Shown: positions 9,486-20,384, numbered from the stretch's first letter. The stretch is DNA of 64,000 nucleotides from an uncultured Solibacteraceae bacterium (GCA_964419785.1 CAYQRM010000190.1:31290-95289); one strand, 5' to 3'. Notes: generated by a model not told the origin, from the sequence alone. Numbers and translations are program-made.

Positions 9486-10493
9486 ATGCCTGATTCCGAG
9501 CGTCTCCCGGCCGCGGTCGCCTCTGCCGAGCAGGCGTTGGTGGCGGGAGATTTTGCCGCCGCGGCACAACACCTTCGCGATGCCCTCGCGCTGCAGGAGG
9601 CGGAGCTCGGGCCGTCGCATCCCGACGTCGCCAGCACGCTCAACAATCTCGGCGTCGTGTGCGAGCGCACGGGCAACGACGCGGAGGCCGAGCGCTGCTA
9701 CCGCCGCGCGTGCGAAATCGCCACGGCGGCGTTTCCGCCCGAGCATCCGTTCGTCGAAACGAGTCGCCAGAATCTAGCGGCATTCTGCGAGTCCCATCAC
9801 GTCGCACTCGAGCCGCCGAAAGTCGCGGCGACCAAGCCTCCCGAACCGTCGCCTCGTGAGGTGCGCGAGCCGCGTGCGCCCACGTTCTCTCCGGAGACGC
9901 CGCGTCGTGTGGTGACTGTGTCTCCGCCACGACCTGAGGCCGGACCACGCGTCTGGCCGATCGTTGTCGCCAGCGCTGCCGTCGTAGTTGTGCTGCTCGC
10001 GCTCTGGCTGAGACACGCTGGTGGAGACAACGCGAGCGCAACGCCGAGCGTCGCGCCGGTCACGACGCCGGCGCCCGTCTCGTCTTCCGTGGTGACGCCA
10101 ACATCAGCGCCACTTGTACCCACAACGGCACCATCTCGTCCCACCGCGCAAGCGAACGCGAGCGCACTCCTGCTGGTCCACGCCGAGCTGTGCCGCACGC
10201 TCACGACCGGCGCGGACTGGACCTGCGCGCATCCGAGCGATCCCGTTTCGCCCGGCGCGATCTATTTCTATACGCGCCTCACAACGCCACGCGACACGAC
10301 CGTCGTGCACCGCTGGTATCGAAACGATCGGCTCCAGCAGTCGCGCGAGCTGAAGATTTCTGCGAACGTTGGATCCGGTTACCGGACTTACAGCCGCATC
10401 ACGATCGATCCTGGCGAGTCGGGGGATTGGCGCGTCGAGCTCTGCACGACCGACGGTCGCGTGATCCAGCAAGAACGCTTCGTCGTGCGCTGA
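9486..10493 (+). CDS. TPR-repeat membrane protein with DUF2914-like C-terminal domain
   Basis: It has N-terminal TPR-like repeats (ASTLNNLGVVCERTGNDAEAERCYRRACEI), a Pro-rich linker and one TM (WPIVVASAAVVVVLLALWL). The C-terminal beta-rich module VHRWYRNDRLQQSRELKISANVGSGYRTYSRITIDPGESGDWRVELCTTDGRVIQQERFVV looks DUF2914-like to me. Confidence 0.65.
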   Translation: MPDSERLPAAVASAEQALVAGDFAAAAQHLRDALALQEAELGPSHPDVASTLNNLGVVCERTGNDAEAERCYRRACEIATAAFPPEHPFVETSRQNLAAFCESHHVALEPPKVAATKPPEPSPREVREPRAPTFSPETPRRVVTVSPPRPEAGPRVWPIVVASAAVVVVLLALWLRHAGGDNASATPSVAPVTTPAPVSSSVVTPTSAPLVPTTAPSRPTAQANASALLLVHAELCRTLTTGADWTCAHPSDPVSPGAIYFYTRLTTPRDTTVVHRWYRNDRLQQSRELKISANVGSGYRTYSRITIDPGESGDWRVELCTTDGRVIQQERFVVR

Positions 10494-10500
10494 GCGCGCG

Positions 10501-13131
<2,631 letters not shown>

Positions 13132-13234
13132 GTGAGCCGGCGGCGATTATACGCGCCGCGTCAGATGCCGCGCGGCCATGCCCGTCCGGAGTATCTTCCG
13201 CGCCGCGCGTACGCCAGAATGCGCACGGGCCGGG

Positions 13235-14077
13235 ATGGAACCGAGTCGCACGAGCTTCGCCTTGCTGGGGGTCGCGATCGCCGTCGCGGGCGTCGCACCG
13301 GTGCTGCGCATCGCCGCCGTGCCTCAGTATCAGCTCGTCTGGGCGGACGAGTTCGACAAGGACGGCGCGCCGGATCCTGCCAATTGGACGTTCGAGCACG
13401 GCTTCGTGCGCAACCAGGAGCTGCAGTGGTATCAGCCGCAGAACGCGCACGTCGAGCGCGGATTGCTCGTGATCGAAGCGCGGCGCGAGCATGTGGAGAA
13501 TCCGTCGTTCGATGCGACGTCGCCGGATTGGAAGCGCAACCGGCCGGCGGCGGAGTACACGTCGGCGAGCCTGACGACGCGCGGATTGCACAGCTTTACG
13601 TATGGGCGCTTCGAGGTGCGCGCGCGCATCGATACGCGACCGGGCATGTGGCCCGCGTTCTGGACCGTCGGCGCGAGCGGCCCGTGGCCGCACAACGGCG
13701 AGATCGACATCATGGAGTTCTACCGCGCGACGCTGCTCGCCAACGTTGCGTGGGGCGCCGCCGAGCGCAATCACGCGATCTGGGCCGACACGCGCACGCC
13801 GCTCTCGACATTTGGCGCCGGCTGGTCGCAGCAGTTCCATGTCTGGCGCATGGACTGGGACGAGCGCGCGATCAAGCTGTCCGTGGATGATCGGCTGCTG
13901 AACGACGTCGACCTGGCGCGCACGATCAATCAGGACGGCACCGGCAACCCGTTCACGCGGCCCCAGATCATCATCCTGAATCTTGCCGTCGGCGCGACCG
14001 GCGGCGATCCGTCGACGACCACGTTTCCCGGCAAGTACGAGATCGACTACGTGAGGGTCTATCAGGCGGCCCGCTAA
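13235..14077 (+). CDS. glycoside hydrolase family 16 (beta-glucanase/laminarinase-like), secreted
   Basis: Track ORF 13178..14077. ATG 13235 gives MEPSRTSFALLGVAIAVAGVAPV (signal peptide). The GH16 catalytic motif ExDxxE is present as NGEIDIMEF, within a jelly-roll context (WPAFWTVG, WRMDW). Confidence 0.88.
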   Translation: MEPSRTSFALLGVAIAVAGVAPVLRIAAVPQYQLVWADEFDKDGAPDPANWTFEHGFVRNQELQWYQPQNAHVERGLLVIEARREHVENPSFDATSPDWKRNRPAAEYTSASLTTRGLHSFTYGRFEVRARIDTRPGMWPAFWTVGASGPWPHNGEIDIMEFYRATLLANVAWGAAERNHAIWADTRTPLSTFGAGWSQQFHVWRMDWDERAIKLSVDDRLLNDVDLARTINQDGTGNPFTRPQIIILNLAVGATGGDPSTTTFPGKYEIDYVRVYQAAR

Positions 14078-14092
14078 ACGCGCCAAGAAACG

Positions 14093-14133
14093 GATCACGC
14101 TAGAAGTGTGAAGCCAGAAGTTAGAAGTAGAAG
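14093..14133. repeat. left arm of inverted repeat built of GAAG heptads (GATCACG-cta-GAAG-tgt-GAAG-cca-GAAG-tta-GAAG...)
   Basis: GAAG recurs at 14103, 14110, 14117, 14124 and 14130. The reverse complement of 14514-14550 matches this arm at 30 of 36 ungapped positions by my manual alignment. Confidence 0.7.
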
Positions 14134-14166
14134 AGACGAGCTCGTCCTGGCGAGATCGGAATCGGA

Positions 14167-14508
14167 TTACGTGTGCGTGTGTGGGCGCCGATGGCAGTGG
14201 CCGCCAGATCGAAACATCACGATCGTCGCCCACCACAGAAGGATCGCTCCGGCTGCCGCCCAGAACCACATCACTCGCGGCAAGGTCGCGTCCGAGGCTG
14301 CCGCAATCGCGCCGGCGCTTGCCACGAGCGCCGAGATCGCCAATGGAACGGCGGCGAGCCGCCGTACTCTCGGGCTCATCCGCGACTTCCGGAGGAATGG
14401 CGAGACGTTTCCGCCCAGGTAGTGGCCTGGATCGTAGCGATGCTCGGTCCATTCGACGTAGTCGCCGATCGGATCGTCAGGCTTGTGCTTCGACATGAAG
14501 TCACTCAA
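14167..14508 (-). CDS. hypothetical small membrane protein (113 aa) with His-rich C-terminus
   Basis: Third-position GC is high when read codon by codon. It has two hydrophobic helices (LAAVPLAISALVASAGAIAAA, VMWFWAAAGAILLWWATIVMF) and the tail GGHCHRRPHTHT. I recognise no family. Confidence 0.55.
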   Translation of the reverse strand: MSDFMSKHKPDDPIGDYVEWTEHRYDPGHYLGGNVSPFLRKSRMSPRVRRLAAVPLAISALVASAGAIAAASDATLPRVMWFWAAAGAILLWWATIVMFRSGGHCHRRPHTHT

Positions 14509-14513
14509 CGCCG

Positions 14514-14550
14514 AACTTCTAGCTTCTGGCTTCTAACTTCCAACTTGATC
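14514..14550. repeat. right arm of the GAAG-heptad inverted repeat
   Basis: The reverse complement reads GATCAAG-ttg-GAAG-tta-GAAG-cca-GAAG-cta-GAAG-tt and pairs with 14093-14133. It overlaps the last roughly 10 codons (RSSWKLEARS) of the gene 14519..15085. Confidence 0.7.
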
Positions 14551-15085
14551 GTTCAGGGGATTGTTCCTGCGCCAGATATCGCCAGACGAGCCAGCTGATC
14601 GATCCCAGCATGCCCATCCATCCGACGCCGCGGACGACGGCCGCGATCCTGGTGTCGAAGCCGAGCACGCCCCAGTGCGAGAAGAGGATCGTCCAGTCGC
14701 TCTCGTCGCCGCCGACGAGCGGCTGTGCAGACCGTCGCGCGTCAGCCATGTAGGCGGCGATGTAGAGGAAGTTCTCGAACGTCCAGAACGCCGAAAACGC
14801 GACGCCCGCGGTTTCGCCGCGACGCAGGAAGAACAGGAGGCAAACGAGCGGCACGATCAACTCGCCGAGCGTGCCGCCGAGGATGCGCGTGTAGTAGCCC
14901 GCCCAGCTGAACTCGACGTGCCCGGCCTCGTGAAACATGAGGTTGGCGTAGTCGATGAAGAGAAATCCCGTGGTGCTCGTCGCGGCGTAGAGCACGAAGA
15001 GCGCGTAGAAACCGCACCAGCCGGTGAGCGCCTCACGCGACACCGGCGCGAGACCCTGTTCGGGGAGCAGCCAGTCGCGAATCAT
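14519..15085 (-). CDS. hypothetical polytopic membrane protein with HExxH motif (possible membrane metalloprotease-like)
   Basis: 188 aa with several hydrophobic helices. The motif NLMFHEAGHV (HExxH) lies at a helix end. I cannot assign a family with confidence. Confidence 0.55.
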   Translation of the reverse strand: MIRDWLLPEQGLAPVSREALTGWCGFYALFVLYAATSTTGFLFIDYANLMFHEAGHVEFSWAGYYTRILGGTLGELIVPLVCLLFFLRRGETAGVAFSAFWTFENFLYIAAYMADARRSAQPLVGGDESDWTILFSHWGVLGFDTRIAAVVRGVGWMGMLGSISWLVWRYLAQEQSPERSSWKLEARS

Positions 15086-15234
15086 CCGCCTGTCGTCAGT
15101 AGCAAGCGCCGATCCACGGCCAGCGCGCGAAACGCGGCCGAACAGGGCGGCTGAACGAGGCAGAAGCTGCGCGCGTCGGCGCTGAAATTACGGTTTTGTG
15201 GATTCAGCGCGTCGCATCTCCAGACAATCGGCGA

Positions 15235-15741
15235 CTACAGGAACCGCTGATCGTCGGCCGACGGCCCGAAGACCGACGGCACCGTCCGGCCGAGCAACCG
15301 CAGGTACACGGTGAGCTGGCCGCGGTGATGCGCGAGATGGTTCATCGTGTCAGCGATCACGATGTGACGCGGATCGTTGGCGACGATCTTCCCGCCGGCT
15401 TTCAGGCGCCAGTTCGTCGTGAGCAAGTACTTGTCGTCGACCTTGGCGAAGGCCTCGCGCGCCTTGGGCACGACGGCGTCATGCGTCTCGACGAGCGTGC
15501 CCTTTGCCGGCGGCCGATGCTGGCCCGCGCCCGGCGGCGGCGTCAGGTCCAGCTCGTCCTGCTCGAGGATTAGATTGAACCACGACGGCATCGACGCGAC
15601 CATGCGGGCGAGCCGGCCGAGCGGCATGGACTTGTCGTGCGGCTTCCAGTCGTCCTGGCCGGTCGGCACCTGCTCGAGCACGCGACGCGTGCGCGGCGCT
15701 TCCCGTTCGAGCTGGGCAAGAAACATGTCCCTGAGCGTCAT
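15235..15741 (-). CDS. DinB-family protein (four-helix bundle, metal-binding)
   Basis: 168 aa. The N-terminus MTLRDMFLAQLEREAPRTRRVLEQVP and the C-terminal MNHLAHHRGQLTVYLRLLG are typical of the DinB/YfiT superfamily. Confidence 0.8.
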   Translation of the reverse strand: MTLRDMFLAQLEREAPRTRRVLEQVPTGQDDWKPHDKSMPLGRLARMVASMPSWFNLILEQDELDLTPPPGAGQHRPPAKGTLVETHDAVVPKAREAFAKVDDKYLLTTNWRLKAGGKIVANDPRHIVIADTMNHLAHHRGQLTVYLRLLGRTVPSVFGPSADDQRFL

Positions 15742-15832
15742 AACCCTTTTTACTTCGGCGCGTCCACGGGCGCAAATGCGTGTTCGACGGTTGCGGCGCG
15801 TATCAATGAAAGACGGGAGTTGATCGAACCGA

Positions 15833-17446
15833 CTACTTCATCCGGAACACGACCGTGCGGCCGCCGCCGCGCCACGGAAATGTCCCAATCGATTCGACGT
15901 CAGATCGGGCCTCGAGCGCGCGCACGTCCGCGTCGAAGTTGCCGCGAATGTAGAAGACGCTGTGCACGAGCAGATACCTGACGCCGCGATCGTGCAGGTA
16001 TCGAATCGCGCGGTCGTCTGGAAATCCGCCGAGCGCGTCGACGAGCGCGGCGTACGACGGTGGCGTGAAGCCACTGTAGCCATTGACCAGCGGTTGCCAG
16101 TGGCGCGTCGAGTAATACATGTACGTCGCGTCCTGCGGGCCGGCGCGTCCCTGGAGCGGTCCGACCGGGTACTCACAGACGACGCCGCGCGGCGCCGTGG
16201 CGAGCCAGGTATAGACGGCGGGCGCGCGATCGGGAAGATCGACGGACGTCTGCAGTCGCATGCGGCTCTCGAACGTCACCAGCGCAATCGCGATTGCGGC
16301 GATCGCGATCTGCGTTGATCTCAATCGACCGCGACACATGCGCACGACGCCGAAGCCCGCGAGCACCGACAGCGCGAGGCCGACGAACATGCCAAATCGC
16401 GCGGGCACTCGCAGCGCGCGCAGCGGCGCGAGGTGATCGAACAGCCAGCGATACCCCGGCATGTTGAGTCCAAGCGACAGGTCGAACGCGGTCAATCCGC
16501 CGAGCGCATACGGAATGGTCATGACGTCGATCGGCGGCACGAAGGCGGCGATCGTGAGGAGCGGCGCCGCGTAGCCGGGAAACAGTCGTCGCTCGCCCTG
16601 GCCGGGATGGTTGTCGTCGCCATACGCCGCGTTCTCCGGATGCGCGCGCAGGTAGTCGGTCAAGTCCGCACTGCCGTTGCCCGTTTCGGCAACGTGGCGC
16701 TCGCCGACGATGAGGGACGCCGCGCGGTACTCGAAGGCCAGCGGCGCGACGAGCACGGCCGCGGCGATCGCCCCGGCAACCAGCTGCCGCATCGCCGGTC
16801 CGCGGCGCGCCGCCGGCGTCATGAAGATCGACAGGCCGATCACGACCGACGCGAACGCGACGCCCATGACGCCGTAGTACATGCACGAGTACGCCTGCAG
16901 CGCGACGGCGGCAGCGAACGCGATGGCGCCGCGCGTCGACGCGCGTTCGAGCAAGTGATGCGCCGCGAGCAACGCCAACGGCCAACCGATCAACAGCTGC
17001 AGCTGGACCTTTGGATACTCCTCGATGCGGTACGGATAGATCGCGAAGATCACACCGGCCACCAGCGCCGCACCGTCGTGCCTCGTCAGCCGGCGCACGA
17101 GCGCGTAGACCGCGAGGCCTGAGAGCATGCATCCGAGCAGCAGCAGAAGATTGTGGACCGCGATCGGATCGGCGCCGATCCAGGCGAGCGGCGCCAGCAA
17201 CACGCCCGGCGCCAGGAGCGTTTCCGAATACGCGAGCGTGTGCCGCTCGGGATGAAAAATGTTGGCGTCGAACACGTGCGCCGGCTGCGAGACGAGGGCG
17301 TGCGCGACCCACGCCATCGCCCACGAGTTCAGCAGCGGATCGCCGAAATCGTTCACGCTGGCCAGCCGAACGGCCTGCGGCCACGTCGAAACGACGACCG
17401 CCAGCACGATGACGGTGGCGGACAACCCGCGGGGAAGCCGAAGCAC
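15833..17446 (-). CDS. large polytopic membrane protein, possibly GT-C-type glycosyltransferase-like (uncharacterised)
   Basis: 537 aa with about 10-12 hydrophobic helices followed by a soluble C-terminal domain (YLLVHSVFYIRGNFDADVRALEA). The overall layout resembles ArnT/PMT-like GT-C proteins. The coding status is solid, but the functional call is weak. Confidence 0.5.
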   Translation of the reverse strand: MLRLPRGLSATVIVLAVVVSTWPQAVRLASVNDFGDPLLNSWAMAWVAHALVSQPAHVFDANIFHPERHTLAYSETLLAPGVLLAPLAWIGADPIAVHNLLLLLGCMLSGLAVYALVRRLTRHDGAALVAGVIFAIYPYRIEEYPKVQLQLLIGWPLALLAAHHLLERASTRGAIAFAAAVALQAYSCMYYGVMGVAFASVVIGLSIFMTPAARRGPAMRQLVAGAIAAAVLVAPLAFEYRAASLIVGERHVAETGNGSADLTDYLRAHPENAAYGDDNHPGQGERRLFPGYAAPLLTIAAFVPPIDVMTIPYALGGLTAFDLSLGLNMPGYRWLFDHLAPLRALRVPARFGMFVGLALSVLAGFGVVRMCRGRLRSTQIAIAAIAIALVTFESRMRLQTSVDLPDRAPAVYTWLATAPRGVVCEYPVGPLQGRAGPQDATYMYYSTRHWQPLVNGYSGFTPPSYAALVDALGGFPDDRAIRYLHDRGVRYLLVHSVFYIRGNFDADVRALEARSDVESIGTFPWRGGGRTVVFRMK

Positions 17447-17460
17447 GCCGGGTAGTCTAA

Positions 17461-17481
17461 GGTGCCGGCATTGCCGGCACC
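17461..17481. promoter_or_regulatory. perfect 21-bp palindrome GGTGCCGGCA-T-TGCCGGCACC in a divergent intergenic region
   Basis: Read directly from the sequence. It lies 15 bp upstream of the start at 17446 (minus strand) and about 105 bp upstream of the start at 17587 (plus strand). It could be an operator or a hairpin. Confidence 0.35.
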
Positions 17482-17586
17482 ATCGCGGCTCGCCCGACCA
17501 TTCGCTGACCTTTCAGGGTTTTTTCACGGTCCGCTCACGACTCGGCGGGCCGCGTCTCCGTATTCTCGCGATAGACGGAGGCGTCG

Positions 17587-18258
17587 GTGGTCATCCATGT
17601 TCGCCGGCTCGTGAGCGTCACCTGCATGTTCGTGGGCGCGGTGTCACTGGTCGAGCCGGCCCACCTTCTGGCCGGACAACCGATTCCTCCCGCCGTGAGC
17701 GTCGTCGCGTTCGATGGGCAAGGCACGTCCCAACGGGATCGCGAGGCGATGGCCGACGAGCTCGCCGCTCGGCTCGTCGACACCCGCCGCTTTCGCGTGA
17801 TGCCGCGTGAATGGCTTCCCGCGGATCGCGAGAATCCGGATCCGACAGTGGGCGCGCTCTTCGAGTCGGCGAAGTCCGCGCGGATCGACTACCTGATTTT
17901 CGGGACCGCGCGTCAGTACACGACGCCCCTGCGATCGGGGCCGCCGCCGTTGTTGCTTGCAGCGCTCGCGATGAGAGGCCGGCTCGTCGGACCGGCCGCG
18001 CTGCTCTTTCCTGCGCTCTCCGCCGCCACGCCGCGCGTGCAGACGGTCCTGACCGTCCACGTGCGCGTGGTCGACGTGACGACAGAGGACGAGGTTCGCA
18101 CCGTCAACGCTTCGCGCTCCACGCGCGCGCCCGCGCCAATTCTGGCGCCGTCGCCGAAGCCGAAGCTCAATCGCGATTGGACGAAAGCGATTGCGGAGAT
18201 CGCGGGCACGCTCGACGTGCGCCGTGCGTCCGCGTCGACGTCCGCGCTTCGTCGATGA
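17587..18258 (+). CDS. CsgG/LpoB-like periplasmic protein, paralog 1
   Basis: 223 aa with an N-terminal hydrophobic signal. It is colinear with the next gene in these motifs: VSVVAFDGQG, LAARLVDTRRFRVMPREWL, IDYLIFGTARQY and LTVHVRVVDVTTEDEV. Confidence 0.6.
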   Translation: MVIHVRRLVSVTCMFVGAVSLVEPAHLLAGQPIPPAVSVVAFDGQGTSQRDREAMADELAARLVDTRRFRVMPREWLPADRENPDPTVGALFESAKSARIDYLIFGTARQYTTPLRSGPPPLLLAALAMRGRLVGPAALLFPALSAATPRVQTVLTVHVRVVDVTTEDEVRTVNASRSTRAPAPILAPSPKPKLNRDWTKAIAEIAGTLDVRRASASTSALRR

Positions 18259-18271
18259 CTCCGGAGGCCTT

Positions 18272-18955
18272 ATGAAACGCACCAGCGTGTGTGTGATTCC
18301 GATTCTCTTCGTGCTCCTGACGGCGCCGGCGTGGGCGCAGGCGGCGGCTGCGCCGGCCGTGCGGCCGACGCTGACCGTCGCCGATTTCGACACCGATCGC
18401 ACGGGCTGGATGCCGCCGCCGCGCCTCGGGACGACGCTCGCCGAACTGCTCACCGATCGGCTGGTCGCGAGCGGCCAGTACAGGATGACCGATCGCGAGT
18501 GGCTGATCGCCTCGCCGGACAATCAGGCGCGCATTCCGCTCGCGCAGCTGGTCGAACGCGCGTCGGCCGCCGGCGTCGACTATCTCGTCGTCGGTTCAGT
18601 CACGCGGCTGTCGATCGAGAAGAACTCGTCGACCGGCGCGGGCGGCGTCCCGCTGCCGTTCGTCGGCGCGTTTCTGCACAAGAACAAGACCGAGTCGGTG
18701 ATCGGCCTCACGATTCGAGTGATCGACGTGCGGACGGGCGAAGTCGTCGCGACGTCGACGGCGGAGAAGGGCGCGACGCAGAAGAATTCGGCCGGCGGCG
18801 GGATCGCGATCGTCGGACATGTGCCGATTGTCGCGGGCGGCGGCACGTCGGCGACCGGCTTCCAGGACAGACTGCTCGACACGGCCGTGCAGCAAGCGGT
18901 CACCGAAGCGTCGGACAAGCTTCTGGCCGCGGCTGCGAAACTGAAGACGCGGTAA
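18272..18955 (+). CDS. CsgG-family (curli-secretion-channel-like) lipoprotein/periplasmic protein, paralog 2
   Basis: Track ORF 18191..18955. ATG 18272 gives the signal peptide MKRTSVCVIPILFVLLTAPAWAQ. CsgG-like motifs are LTVADFDTDRTGW, LAELLTDRLVASGQYRMTDREWL, VDYLVVGSVTRL and LTIRVIDVRTGEVVAT, followed by a Gly-rich loop. Confidence 0.7.
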   Translation: MKRTSVCVIPILFVLLTAPAWAQAAAAPAVRPTLTVADFDTDRTGWMPPPRLGTTLAELLTDRLVASGQYRMTDREWLIASPDNQARIPLAQLVERASAAGVDYLVVGSVTRLSIEKNSSTGAGGVPLPFVGAFLHKNKTESVIGLTIRVIDVRTGEVVATSTAEKGATQKNSAGGGIAIVGHVPIVAGGGTSATGFQDRLLDTAVQQAVTEASDKLLAAAAKLKTR

Positions 18956-18974
18956 ATCTCTCTTGCCAGGTCTG

Positions 18975-19526
18975 TTACCGCATGTCGATCTTCGGCTCGA
19001 GCCACGCGACGCGGCCACCGGGCGTCGGGTCGGCGTTGAAGACGAGCCGCCACGTCGTGTTTCCGGGGCGATAGAACAGGCTCCACTGCCAGCCTGAGTA
19101 CGACGCGAGATCGATGTCGAGCGCCTGCCACGGGTCTGCGCCGGCGGCGGCCGGTGCGACGAGCCGTTTTTGCAGCTCGTCGTACGACCGGTTGTCCGAG
19201 ATGCCGACGCGAATCGTGACGCCTGCTCCGCTACCCGCGACGAGCGAGATCGCCGCCTTGAATCGCGCGCGCGTTGGCATGCGGATCGGGAAGAGCACGC
19301 GCGCCGGCGCCGCGGTCACGATCGCCGGGTGTTCGCCTTGATCGCGTGAGACGACCGTCGCGCGAATCGCCTCGTCTGGCGGTCCGAGCGCCCGCTTCTC
19401 CGCGGACGGCAGCGCGGCGACGAGATCGATGGAGGCCGGCGAGAGCCCGTGTCCGCAGGCGCCGCACAGCGACGCCAGCGTGACGCAGACGAGCCAGACG
19501 CGGTTCGACACCGGCCGCAGTCGCAC
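18975..19526 (-). CDS. hypothetical lipoprotein
   Basis: Only the 3-prime third of track ORF 18975..20390 looks real to me. GTG 19526 (or GTG 19511) gives VRLRPVSNRVWLVCVTLASLCGACGHG, which has a lipobox LCGAC. The C-terminal part is beta-rich. The upstream part of the track ORF is antisense to the esterase gene. Confidence 0.6.
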   Translation of the reverse strand: MRLRPVSNRVWLVCVTLASLCGACGHGLSPASIDLVAALPSAEKRALGPPDEAIRATVVSRDQGEHPAIVTAAPARVLFPIRMPTRARFKAAISLVAGSGAGVTIRVGISDNRSYDELQKRLVAPAAAGADPWQALDIDLASYSGWQWSLFYRPGNTTWRLVFNADPTPGGRVAWLEPKIDMR

Positions 19527-19562
19527 GTGAGGAAAGATATCGCGACGCCGAAGCCAGAGCCC

Positions 19563-19640
19563 GTGGAACGTTTTGGAACCCTTGGAATCTTCCAGCCCCC
19601 CGGCAGCTCCCTGGCACCTCCTGTTGGAACCCCGTGGAAC
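19563..19640. repeat. array of five TGGAAY direct repeats plus the TGGAAtcTTCCA palindrome in a divergent promoter region
   Basis: TGGAAC or TGGAAT starts at 19564, 19574, 19583, 19625 and 19635, with spacings of 10, 9, 42 and 10. The third copy forms the palindrome TGGAATCTTCCA at 19583-19594. Confidence 0.6.
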
Positions 19641-19658
19641 CCTGATTGTTGCTAGTCT

Positions 19659-20381
19659 TTGTGTGCTGTGCGCCGCGAGTATCACCGGTGGCCGTCCCGT
19701 CATCTCGGCCGCGACATGGAATTGCTGGCGTTTGGTCACGCCGGCGTGCCGATGGTCGTGTTTCCAACGTCGATGGGCGCGTTCTTCGATTACGAGGACC
19801 GCGGAATGGTCTCGGCGGTCTCGGACAAGATCGAGAGCGGCGCCATACGGCTCTTCTGCGTTACGACGCTCGACACCGAGACGTTCTACGCGCGCAACGG
19901 CGCGCCGCGCGCGCGCATCGATCGCTACCTCGCGTACGAGCGCTACCTCGTCGACGAGCTGGTCCCGTACCTTCGTCACATGACCGGGCGCGAGGCGCTC
20001 GGCGCGACTGGATGCAGTTTCGGCGCGTACCACGCGCTCACGATGGCGCTGCGTCATCCGGACATCTTCACGAATTGCATCACGATGGGCGGCGCGTTCG
20101 ACATCACGCGCTTCTTCGACGGCTACTACGACGAGGACGTGTATCTGTTGTGTCCGCCGCATTTTCTTCCCGGCCTCGACAATCCGTGGTTCCTCGATCG
20201 GATTCGCGCCAACAAGTGGGTGCTCGCGACCGGCGAGGCCGACATCTGTCGAGCCGAAACGGAACAGGCGGCGGGATTGCTCGGCTTCAAGGACGTGCCG
20301 CACAGTTTGCACGTCTGGCAGAACGGCTCGGTCCACGACTGGCCCGAGTGGATCAAGATGGCGAGGGCGTACTTGCCGTGA
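19659..20381 (+). CDS. esterase family protein (esterase D / putative esterase, alpha/beta hydrolase)
   Basis: 240 aa, with the start at TTG 19659 or GTG 19668. It reads HRWPSRHLGRDMELLAFGHAGVPMVVFPTSMGAFFDYEDRGMV, has the nucleophile elbow GCSFGAY (GxSxG), and includes MALRHPDIF. Confidence 0.8.
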   Translation: MCAVRREYHRWPSRHLGRDMELLAFGHAGVPMVVFPTSMGAFFDYEDRGMVSAVSDKIESGAIRLFCVTTLDTETFYARNGAPRARIDRYLAYERYLVDELVPYLRHMTGREALGATGCSFGAYHALTMALRHPDIFTNCITMGGAFDITRFFDGYYDEDVYLLCPPHFLPGLDNPWFLDRIRANKWVLATGEADICRAETEQAAGLLGFKDVPHSLHVWQNGSVHDWPEWIKMARAYLP

Positions 20382-20384
20382 GAC

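Noticed and set aside
14093-14550. The periodic short repeats (GAAG heptads, CACGAAG nonamers, TGGAAC decamers, 45-bp GC-rich units) considered as a CRISPR array.
   Set aside because: The repeat units are far shorter than CRISPR repeats or lack unique spacers of regular length. The copies are imperfect and often inverted, and no cas genes are present in the window.
19611-19630. A possible sigma-54 promoter (CTGGCACCTCCTGTTGGAAC).
   Set aside because: The TGGCAC -24 element is present. However, at the spacing required for the -12 element, the sequence reads TTGG rather than TTGC, with the G/C offset by one position. The nearby TTGCT (19647-19651) is too far from any GG. I do not consider this supportable.
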